A DNA stretch of 63,118 bases, counting the filler, from Choristocarpus tenellus KU-1152 (taxonomy: Eukaryota; Protista; Phaeophyceae), in the NCBI GenBank assembly GCA_964200185.2. It is 6 parts of 6 records of this genome, joined end to end, with 100 filler letters (N's around TTAATTAATTAA, not from the genome) between each part and the next. Parts side by side here need not be neighbours in the genome. Positions count along the whole stretch, not along the records: positions 28,861 to 56,507 come from CAXNAD020000142.1; positions 56,608 to 60,133 come from CAXNAD020019450.1; positions 60,234 to 63,118 come from CAXNAD020023932.1; 3 more parts are not named here. One strand, 5' to 3'. Shown here one piece after another: positions 53,501-63,118 of this stretch. The notes beneath the pieces were generated by a model. The model saw only the letters and a program-made list of their open reading frames with translations, had not been told where the DNA came from and ran no database searches. How positions within the stretch are numbered: position 1 is the first letter of the stretch; the number at the start of each line of letters is the position of its first letter. The position numbers and the translations under genes were made by a program.

Positions 53501-56040
53501 GTAGGAACTGGACAAAGCCAAGGAACGTGAGGCTGGAATGTGGTCTCAAATGCAACAGGTACCAAATCAAATCGATTAAAGGCACATTTGAATCTGTACT
53601 CCCTGAGTGCAAGACTGCTTAGGTGATACTGCAATACATTCCAGCGGCATTGAAGATATCTTGTCTCTATACATCGCCTTTGTTGAACCAGCAATCAATC
53701 TATAGGGTCTTTCACATAAATTTCTCAGTCAGCAGTCGCAAGCAATTAGTCACACAGGAATACTTCTTCTTACATGAAAGGTCTAACAGAATCTGTATTG
53801 CATTAGAGTGCTGTGCTTTTTTTTACTTCTTTGGGTTGACATACAATTCTCAATACCTCAAAGATGATTCGACAGAACTACTTATACTAACCAACCCTAA
53901 CCCTTTTTGCCTATAGTTCTCTGGGGTATGAGTTAATTATAGGAAGCCTTTTGCTAAGAAAGGCACATTGGTGTCGATTCCGACTTCTTGAAGTGCACTT
54001 GCACAGCACCCAACTAACCAGGGTCTAATGGACCCGATCTGGTGCTCAGGTTTCAAGCAGCTTTGCAGCAGTAGCGACCACACAAAAATCTGGTGAGGAG
54101 TCCCTAGATGCCAAGGTGAGCAACCTTGAGCAGCGCCTGCGTGATTCGGAGAGACAGAGTCTGGATGCTCAGGTGGAGATGCAGCACTGCAAGGAGAGAG
54201 CCCTGAGGGATATCAAAGACCTTGAGATGGAGGTAGAGCAACTGAAGGAGAGGTTGGTCAGGTTTGTAATTAACCCTAAGGTTGGTCATGAGGTAGTTGA
54301 GCATATTGATCCTGGAGTAATATCTTACATGAAGTTGGGGAAGGTGCTTTATATTGTGCATTATGGCAATAAATTACAATCTCAATGGTATTAACTACCC
54401 ACTATGCCCACCATATATGGCTACATCCAGGGGGCTCTCTCTAATAAAGATGGCCATAACTTGCGAATGAATGCTTGAACTATTTCAGTTTTTGCAAGAT
54501 TGTTAACGACCTCATGGAAAGCATCAATTCGCTCTTGACTTTGCTTTGGCAGTGATGCAACTATTATTCATTTAGATGATGATTAGGGAAGAAGACCATG
54601 ACTCAGATTCGAAACTTCGTATTGTGACCTTAAAGAATGCAATTTTCCCATCTTAGAGTGTGCTGATAGGGTTATGGTTACCTTATTACTCCATTCTATT
54701 GATTGAGAACAATCAAAATAAGTTAAGAATAAGAGCTGCTGCAAACTAATACTTCACTGATGACCCCCGCCACTGCAGGAAGAAAGACAAGTCTACTGCA
54801 CAGAGAGTGAGACTTGAAGAGGAATGTAGAGGGTTGCTAGAAAACCTCGCACAATCAAGGGCCACTGAGGAAGGACTCAGGTACAACCTGACCTTGAGAA
54901 AAATATTTGCCAGGCTTCCTTCAATCAGTTCTTACACCTGATCCTTCTCTCACAAGAGTATGTCGACTTCCTGAAATGAATACTCTTGAGGCAACAGTTT
55001 GACTCTTGCTCATCAACACCTACAGGTTGAGATGTGAGGAGGCCAGTGCGAAGGTCAAAGAAATTGAAGCTAACTTGCACAGGGTGGAGCAGAGCAAGAC
55101 AAAGACAGACCAAGAGGTCGCTATCTCTTTTCTTTTTCTTTATATTACATTACTCTGTAATATGCAGTATCATACACTATCATACAGTGTCACACAGTCT
55201 GCACTATTATAATCTAATAGTACTGATCTTACCTACATGTACTATAAAGTTGTACCTGGCCTAACAGCAATGTTTTTGGCATATTAGTGTTCAAAGGCTA
55301 AGAAGGCTAACGCAAGATTAGTGACATGAGATAGAGAAAATGCCAAATGTCAATAATGCTGTATGCTCCTTCAAATGAGTTAATCCATCACTCCTCTCAG
55401 CTTGCTTCCTCTCAAATGTGCTGCACCACACTTCCTCCGCAGACACAATGGCATTTGAGACTCTGTGAACTGCACTCAAATCAGTCATATTCTTAACAAA
55501 TTGATTGCACCATTACTCCACCCCTTCACTATCAAACTTCTTCTTTGCAACACCATTGGGTAAACGTTCAGCTTGTCCGTTTGAGAGCAGAGGGAGAACG
55601 ACTCACGTCAGAGCTAAGACACGTCACTGGCACTCGTGAGAGGGATGCCAAGCAGTTCAGATCGCACATTTCAGCAGCTGCTTCCAAGGTGTACATGCCA
55701 CAGCCTGTCTTTGCCATCAACTCAGAGCAACTACGCAATGAATTTGTGTAGAGTCAGTATATCCTATTTGTTGGAAAGCATTTCACAATTTGGGTAAGAG
55801 TTTCACCAAAACCCCCCATAGAAGTACTGTATACCTGCCGATAGTTTCCAAAACTTTAGCCTTACTAGGTATTATGCCTATCCCTTACTTCATGGTTTTA
55901 TGGTGATCTCTTGCAAGGAGAGTGTGGATGACAGAGACCAGAGTAAGAAACCCGACAGCCATGTGTCCGAGGCACGGTGCCAGGTTCTGCAGGAGACAAT
56001 CATCCGTTTGGAGGGGGATCTACACAATCTCAGGACCCAG
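41516..56040 (+). CDS. CEP164-like protein: N-terminal helical bundle plus WW domain, then long coiled coil; truncated at contig end
   Basis: Exons 41516-41637, 41756-41853, 42269-42321, 43317-43389 give IREHAAILGMTLPEDEQFLWVAEESLLAPLPEGWVQLREEDSGHPYYYNEASGTSRWEHPRDDFYRDLY. About 20 further mostly E/K/Q/R-rich exons follow (e.g. 44353-44531, 45492-45568, 45999-46042, 46255-46351, 46913-46992, 48029-48109, 49810-49915, 50234-50326, 51426-51629, 52613-52843, 55918-56040). True orthology to CEP164 is not established. Confidence 0.85.
41881..42046 (+). mobile_element. MITE family A, complete 166-bp copy in intron 2 of the CEP164-like gene
   Basis: Perfect 11-bp TIR CTCAAAGTATC/GATACTTTGAG, with G-tract and C-tract inside the ends; four other partial copies in the window. 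Confidence 0.85.
45087..45359 (+). mobile_element. MITE family B copy 1 (intronic)
   Basis: Imperfect TIR CCCAAGGCATTTAAGAGGG / CCCTCCTAAATGCTTTGAG; interior aligns with 48971-49301. Confidence 0.75.
48587..48786. repeat. Intronic tandem repeat of CATATATCA(C/T)CAT(CAT) units (13-16 nt)
   Basis: Read directly; generates the spurious His/Ile-rich ORFs 48505 and 48569. Confidence 0.92.
48971..49301 (+). mobile_element. MITE family B copy 2 (intronic)
   Basis: TIR GTCAAAGTATCTTAG / CTAAGATACTTTCAC, sharing the AAAGTATC core with family A. Confidence 0.8.
49099..49187. repeat. 17-bp tandem repeat TTTTGATAAAGTATACA x5 inside MITE B copy 2
   Basis: Read directly. Confidence 0.93.
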
Positions 56041-56056
56041 GTGGGTTCGACAGTGC

Positions 56057-56507
56057 TTAATGCTAAAAGTATGAATATGATTAATGCTAAAAGTATGAAT
56101 ATGTCTAAAAGTATGAATATGATTAATGCTAGAAGTATGAATATGTTTAACTCTAAAAGTACGAATATGATTAATGCTAAAAGTATGAATATGATTAATG
56201 CTAGAAGTATGAATATGTTTAATCCTAAAAGTATGAATATGATTAATGCTAAAAGTATGAGTATGATTAATGCTAAAAGTATGAATATGATTAATGCTAG
56301 AAGTATGAATATGATTAATGCTAAAAGTATGAATATGATTAATGCTAAAAGTATGAGTATGATTAATGCTAGAAGTATGAATATGTTTAATCCTAAAAGT
56401 ATGAGTATGATTAATGCTAAAAGTATGAATATGATTAATGCTAAAAGTATGAATATGTTTAATGCTAGAAGAGTGAATATGATTAATGCTAAAAGTATGA
56501 ATATGTT
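56057..56507. repeat. 24-bp minisatellite ATGATTAATGCTAAAAGTATGAAT, about 19 copies, running to contig end
   Basis: Read directly; starts 16 nt after the donor at 56041. Confidence 0.95.
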
Positions 56508-56607
56508 NNNNNNNNNNNNNNNNNNNNNNNNNNNNNNNNNNNNNNNNNNNNTTAATTAATTAANNNNNNNNNNNNNNNNNNNNNNNNNNNNNNNNNNNNN
56601 NNNNNNN
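56508..56607. other. Artificial contig-joining spacer
   Basis: N44-TTAATTAATTAA-N44. Confidence 0.97.
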
Positions 56608-57169
56608 TTTTGGGTCAAGCCCATCCTCAATGAAAAGCTCCATCCTCAATTTTTGAAATCGACTGTTAAATGGACAGCGAGCACCCCCCCCCAGAAAATT
56701 TGAGTCACAAAGTGTAAGGAGTACAGACACAGGTAGAAGGGGTGGGGTTTGGTGTTTGGTGTTTGGTTGATTTCTACAACATCGACGTCTTCGCATCGAT
56801 CGAGTGACATAACTCTTGTTATTTCACTGTTCATTATATCCTCCTTTTTCTATTTCGCACAAAAACATATCAAAAAGTGGTAACAACTAACGTTGCCTTA
56901 TCAATAAATGGTACGATATAATAACGTTCTAGTTCGAGGTATAGTCATACTTTAGATTACGTTCTTAGATTATATTACTGTTGGATTCTTGGGATGCTTA
57001 CCTAGCTCCCCCCCCCTGGGGAACAGGAGTAGTTAGATGGGAAGCTAAGGAAGACAGTAGTACAATATTTGATTGTGGTGAAATAACTGATTATTTGTGG
57101 TTTCCACACTACTTACAATTTTTTATAGTGTTCTTACGTTTGGGATATTTCTTTAGGACTAATAACGAC

Positions 57170-57965
57170 ATATATATAGTTTTCATTGGTTTCCCCCCTG
57201 ACACATCTGCAAAATGTCAGAGGGCATAATATTAAAATTACCTTAAACCATCGAAGTTTTCAAGGAGGACCATGACAAAATGTTTATTTCATAAATTGAT
57301 ACTTTACGACATAGTGAAAGACTGGTGGCGACAAGGAATCAACCCGACTAGAACTATTATTGAAGAACACGAATGCATCATACACTATCTCCTATACATA
57401 TATTCATGTGAAGGGAAGGGAAATAGTTACTACTAGTTATTTTTACTTTATAGTGAAGGGTAGATGCTGTACTGTAGTAACTATAAGAGTGACAAGATAC
57501 TGCGATAAGTGGTGTTTCCTCCCATCAAGCAGTATGTTGTATATAATATCTCGACTTTTACAGCGGTCGTTGTGATATTATTTTGACTTTTTCCTTGGCA
57601 CATCTGGAAAATGTATAATATATTTAGGTGTTGATTCACAACTGAGCACGACGTTGTACGGGTATCACCCCAAACCAAATCATACCCCACATAGATAGGT
57701 AGATAAGATATAGTGGAATGTTTCATGTTACTCCCTTGACACATCTATCTGGGAAATGTTAGAGGGCATAAAAATATTGTATGCTATGAAAATATTAAGG
57801 GAGTGTAGTTTAGCCGTTGTTAAAATAGTAAACAGATTTTAGAGAGATATCTTTCACATTTTCGACAACTAACTGTTACTTCCTTACAGGTGTTGATGAT
57901 ATATAGTGGTTTGGCTTCTTCCTGACACGTGTCATATGGAAAATGTCAAAAAGGTATAAAAATAT
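57170..57965 (+). repeat. Four degenerate direct repeats of about 60 bp with irregular spacing
   Basis: Core (C/T)TGACACATCT..G(G/C)AAAATGT(C/T)AGAGGGCATAA near 57198, 57595, 57736, 57922. Confidence 0.7.
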
Positions 57966-60133
57966 ATATTAAAACAATGTTATCCAACATGTGAATTAGT
58001 CAATCAAGATCAGTAAGAATGAACCACACCACCGTTGTCTTGGTACAAATCCAGTAAGGTTGAACGGAGGATGCACAGGTAATGCGATCTGCGAATTTGT
58101 CTTGGTAATTTGTCTTAGATAATAAGGAATTATTTTAGGCGATTATGGATGAACATATTGCGGTGACCCTAGTAGCACTACTATTTAAACTATAAACGTT
58201 GACTGGTATGTTTCTTAGTAACTACTACTGGTATTGTGTATGGAGTATTTTGTAGCGGATCATGGGCGCCACTGGAGGCACACGTGTATGTTATTGCAGC
58301 ATGCCTCCTTCAATGGAAAGGAAACATCTCCTCCCTTTCATAAGCGCTGGAAAGGAGTACAACAGCAGCTGCTTGTTGTGCGGGAGAGACCGAAGCCACA
58401 GCCTGATCAAGTTGCGCGGTGAGAACGGTTGCTGTAGATAGTGTTCTTCATTTCCTGGTTCGAGTAGAGGCGCTTCCCCTAAGTAAGGGTTTCCGTTGTG
58501 GCTGACGAAAACTGCCCAGCACACTTACTCCTTCCTACCTTAGCCTTGTATGTTCTGTAAGGATTCTACGACTTGAAATGCCAGTCCCTCATGCAACCCA
58601 CCTTTTGATAATGCTGTCATGATGTTGAAGCCTAAGTGGATATGATTGGGGTGTAAGATAAAGTGTGGAGAAGGAATTTGAACTCTTTGCGCCTCTCAGA
58701 AGATGGCAATCTGAATTCACCTGATGCAGCCGTGTTTACACTATGGGGACTCACATGGAGAGAAAATGAGCTCAATGGACTATATTCTTGAGTTCTTGGC
58801 AGCCTATTAGCCGAAATTTTGCTTTGTTTGCTACAGCACAGTCTATACAACCTTGGTACTGATCAGCACTGTGGTCCAAGCCGTTGTTGTTCTTGCTCGA
58901 CCTTTCTTTGCAATAAAGTAGAAGGCTGTTCGAGCCGCCAGTTATATATGCAATACTGAAAAAAAGTATGAGATTTATGGGGGGGTGGACTGCTGAGAAG
59001 GAATGCCACATTACCAAAATAACGCCCTCGACTAGGGTGGCATCCTCTCACAGTTGCCAACTCGAAATTATCCACTGGAAATCTTGCTGCCCGTCCAGTC
59101 TTCCTAGGGAGGGTGTGACACAGTGCGTTAGAAGGATCAGTTGGAGTTATCTTGAGAACGAATAGAGTTAATTCTTGGTGAGGACTTTCGGCTGGGTGGG
59201 CGACCTCCCTGACAGGAAAGGACAACGTCGGAAGGCCGGGGTGGAGGGTGGGGAGCAGTCGTCAGAGGTGTAGAATAGCTGAAACTGGGAGAAAGTAACG
59301 ACTCCAGTGATGTTGCACCAGTGGCTTAGGGAGAGATGTGTCCCAACAGTCGCCACACTTGTCACTGAGGATGCCGACTTCACATGCCGCAAGAATAGTC
59401 TCAGCTTTGAACACCTTGTCAGGTGAGATATGTGACCGACGTGACCACTCAAGCTGTACAAAACGAAAATTTCAACGTGAAGTTGTGTGACAGGAAGTAC
59501 TGTGTGTCACCAGCTCCAGGTCTATGTCTGTGGACCAAAGTTATTCAAATGATGAGATTCACCTGTCCTTTCCTCTCTAGAGTCCTGACAATTCTAGCCA
59601 AGGCAAGAGTAGTCTAACTCTGACCAGTCAATCTAAGCAGGTGAATTGTCTGCCACCCTGGTGACATTCGTATGTCTCTGCCTGCTCCAAAAGAACGACT
59701 CTTGAAAAGTGCTTCATTCCACTTAATTTTGAATGTTTTGCAGGGTGTCGAAATGGCAGGTTGTCATAGCACAACATACATACATCAAACGGCCAAGATA
59801 CTCTCACAAAATCCCGCCAGGAGGTTAAAGAAGATGGGGAACAGTGGTGAAAAAGTCGATGCAATTCATTTGCGACAGACATAGTCACTCTCACGTACAT
59901 AACGTCTTTCACTCATGATCCCTTCATGTTACTGGAAAATACCTCCATGAGGGATGTTGGCCGGTACATACAACAAACATGTGTGTTTCCTCCTTCTGAT
60001 CTGAACTGTGCAAGCACCCCTTACCTCTACCCTCATCGAAATGTTCTTGCCCGTCTTCTCCCTCAACCCCCAACCCCGCTACTTCCCCCCCTTACCCTAG
60101 TTTACCTCATTTTTTTTTCACCCTGCATGCCTG

Positions 60134-60233
60134 NNNNNNNNNNNNNNNNNNNNNNNNNNNNNNNNNNNNNNNNNNNNTTAATTAATTAANNNNNNNNNNN
60201 NNNNNNNNNNNNNNNNNNNNNNNNNNNNNNNNN
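60134..60233. other. Artificial contig-joining spacer
   Basis: N44-TTAATTAATTAA-N44. Confidence 0.97.
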
Positions 60234-60331
60234 GGATAATGTAGGTGCCCCTTTCCTGATTATGGTCCAAATGGACCCCCTGGTGTAGACCCCTTCCCCC
60301 CCCCCCCCCTCCCCCCCCCCCTCCCAGATAT
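60234..60331 (+). mobile_element. MITE family A right half at contig start
   Basis: ggataatgtaggtgcccctttcctg..ggtgtagacccc..cccagata matches copies 22605 and 41881. Confidence 0.75.
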
Positions 60332-60783
60332 GTTTGGTCACAGATGAGGTGTTAGGTAGCAGTTAAGTACTCGCATATTCCATGCCCGATTGGAGAGGGA
60401 TAATTAGTTTGACGGGGGGACAGGCTGGCCTCTGTTGGCAGGTGTGACTCTTTGCTCTGAAGGAGGTGAATCTCAGGCCTTGGAGTATATGTCGGAAGCC
60501 CTTTAGTTAGGAGTGTGCTATTCTACTCTCAGTGGTTTCTCAAAATCGGGGGCATCAGGGGGACCAATATTGAAAGAGATGACTCTTTACTTTTGTCTAT
60601 TATGATAGGGTTGGGGTTGTGGACTGCACTACGCCTCTTGCTTAATTAATTCAAGGCAATTTGATTGCCCTTTCAATGTTGTCTAATTCTCAATTAGGTT
60701 TAGGGTGTCCTAATTTGCTCGTGCTGTTAACCCTTAGCCCCCCACCCCCACCCCCACCCCCACCCCATTTCTCAACCACATAG

Positions 60784-63083
60784 CCGGAGCTACTGACTTT
60801 GGGAGACGACATGCATGTTGGGTTTGCTTCTAGCACCTACTGCAGCATTTACACCTCTCCGAATTCGTTCACGATGTCCAGGACATCTGTGGGGAACAGG
60901 TTGGTGGTGTGATCAAGGTCCATTCTCATCCCTTTTTTTTTCTTAACGATATTAACGACGTGGCAACTGCCCACTGTTTCAAATACATATATATATATAT
61001 ATTGTTTTTTATTATTAAGACTGCAAAGGGAAGTTAATTTTTTTTTTTAAGAAATCCTGTCTCAGGTGTCTGCTGTTCTCTCACCTGGAAGGGGAGTACC
61101 TCGAACCCTCTTTTTGTTATTCTTATTGTTACTGTTACCACGTTAGTCCGAGAGGGGCCTGAAATGAAAACCTACAGTCAAAGACTAATGCGGAGGACGA
61201 GCAACAAATTTCGAATGCAACAAGACAGAAGAATCTTCTTTCTATTAAAAAAAGAAAAGAAATGGGAGACACGAATTGAAAGTCGGAAAACAAGGGCGTT
61301 ACCTGGTCATACACCCCCCCCCCCCCCCNNNNNNNNNNTTTTAAAAAAAAAAAAAAAAAATGGCGCACCCACCACCAAAAATACCACAACAGCGTCCTTC
61401 CCTCTCCCCCCCCCCCCCCCCCCCCCCCCCCCTGCCCCCTTCCCCACTTCATACTGGATACCTATGCGCATTTGTGGTTCTCAGGGGCCTCAACGGTGCT
61501 GGGTCTGTGATGCTTCCGGGGGCAACACTTCCCGCCGGGGCCGCGGTTGGACCCAACACCCGATTGTCACACGATGACCCCGTGCGTGAAGACGCCCTTC
61601 ACCTTGGAACTCCCGAGCCGATGGTGGCAGGCAGGTACGTTTCTCCTGCCCGGGACCTCTCTCATCTCGAGCGGTTCCTCTACATTGCAGCGCCGGTTCC
61701 ACTGTCGCTGCTTTCAGCGTCGGTTACACTTAACGCGGGGTTCTGGCCACTGCTGGGGATGGCATTCATTGCCAAGGAGCTGGAAGACATTCAGGCAGTG
61801 TGGGGGGGGGATAGGGATGGAATGGTAGGAGTTGGGGTGGAAGGATGGCGGTGGGTCCTCGCCGGGGGTGCTAGTTGGCTTGCCCCTCTGGCTTGGTTGG
61901 CCTTTGGGGCTGTGCTGATTGTGACAGGGGCGGCTGTGAAGTGGCTGGTGGTGGGTATGCAGCACTCTTCCATCACTCGGTGAGAGTGGGGTATGCAGCG
62001 TTGGGGATAGGGTGGTGATGAATGAGACTTGCTAGTGGAACGGCTAACATGCTGTAGAGACGTGGAGTGGAACCTGTATGATGTTGAAGTGGTTGATGTA
62101 TACCGAGGGCTGGGTCTTATTAAGTCTGCCAATGTACACCGAAGAGGGTTGGGCGGGGGGGGAGGTTGACTGTTTGTGGTGCGCTTTGGCCTTGGACAAG
62201 GGAACTATTCGTGGGATCTGTGCTTCTGGCGTTTGTCCTCTGGAGTGGTAGATAAGATGGACAGAATATTGTATGTTTGCATAACTTCAGGAAAACTATC
62301 ATGCGTGAGGCAGTGCAGAGCGCCTTCCAAGAACAGTACAAGTAGAATTGAACCTGAAAATGACCAACTCAGATACTACAATGCCGTCTTGATCGAGCAT
62401 TGTACCATTATACTCCCAACAGAGCCTGTGATATTCCCTATCATTTTGCAACTGTGCCTACCATTTTTCACAAAAAAAACAAAACATGCACTTCATTTGA
62501 TGGATGGAATGTCTGGGGCGGGGGGGGCGGTCAGACTTTGGTCTGTCTACCATTACAGGACTCTGCTGGTCCTCCATATCCAGGTGCAGGCCCACTTCTT
62601 GTTTGTAGATTGCCTACGAAGGGGAAGGCTATTTAACTGCTATGCACGGCTCTTGGGTGCCAGCGTTGGACGTGATGCAGATGTTGCTACCCCTTACTTC
62701 ACTGACCATGATCTGGTGAGGCTTCCTCTAGTTTGGTTGTTCTGATTGCATGAAGTCATGCCCCCACCATGCCTTCCCCCTTGCTTCTTTGCAGAAGGGT
62801 GGGGGAGAGCAGTTTTAGTTTGGTGGGGGTGGTGGGGATGGGAGTGGAAGGGGAAGGAGCTTCGATCTCGAGGCTGTAGATGGCCTTGTGTTCTTTGAAG
62901 TGGTGGGGATGAGAGTTGAAGGGTATATTTTGTTCTGGCAGGTTCTTTGGCAGCAAAAAAGCTTGTGTTAGCCCAACTCCCTGCTCACTCTTCCTGACCT
63001 TCTGTTTGATACTCCGTGGCTGGAGTCAGGTGTCCATCGGAGACCGTGCAGTTGTTGAGGAGGATTGCATCCCCCACCCACAG
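60784..63083 (+). CDS. Internal exons of a membrane protein with LbH/hexapeptide repeats, similar to the C-terminal region of Pls/PosA-type NRPS (TIGR02353-like); both ends missing
   Basis: Phase-consistent exons 60784-60899 (PELLTLGDDMHVGFAS..RTSVGNR), 61485-61979 (GAGSVMLPGATLPAGAAVGPNT..HLGTP, two hydrophobic helices, AAVKWLVVG), 62535-62715 (LWSVYHYR..LRRGRLFNCYARLLGASVG..FTDHDL), 63030-63083 (VSIGDRAVVEEDCIPHPQ). Confidence 0.8.
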
Positions 63084-63118
63084 GTAATGGTACAGTTTTT
63101 ATTGTGGCTCACTATACC

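Noticed and set aside
49099-57965. Repeat arrays as CRISPR-like
   Set aside because: The 17- and 24-bp arrays lack unique spacers, the 57 kb repeats are degenerate and irregular, the context is eukaryotic, and no cas genes are present
61135-61577. Poly-Pro/poly-Gly/poly-Lys ORFs
   Set aside because: They derive from homopolymer tracts and a 10-N gap within an intron of the Pls-like gene
1-63118. Most ORF-track entries as independent small genes; rRNA or tRNA genes
   Set aside because: The ORFs are exon fragments, antisense shadows or TE/intron noise; no structural RNA signature was recognised by eye

Overview
Intron-rich eukaryotic nuclear DNA with GT-AG/GC-AG introns and scattered TTAGGG tracts. 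It most resembles a photosynthetic stramenopile such as a brown alga or relative (inference from splice-site style, LINE type and gene content). The window is NOT one contiguous locus: five identical 100-nt artificial spacers (N44-TTAATTAATTAA-N44) join six separate contigs, so adjacency across them means nothing. Manually spliced genes: TIM50 (-, 3' end outside window) head-to-head with a purple acid phosphatase (+); the 3' rhodanese end of MOCS3/UBA4 (+); an ascorbate peroxidase (-, truncated); an unidentified putative gene (-); a TatD nuclease (-) head-to-head with Abitram/FAM206A (+); and a long CEP164-like WW/coiled-coil gene (+, truncated). The last contig holds four spliced exons of a membrane protein with hexapeptide (LbH) repeats resembling the C-terminal region of epsilon-poly-L-lysine synthetase (Pls/PosA)-type NRPSs, which is the most interesting item. 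Also present: decayed RTE-like LINEs, two related MITE families, several tandem repeats and interstitial telomeric repeats. No rRNA, tRNA or CRISPR was recognised. All calls come from reading the sequence; no database searches were run.
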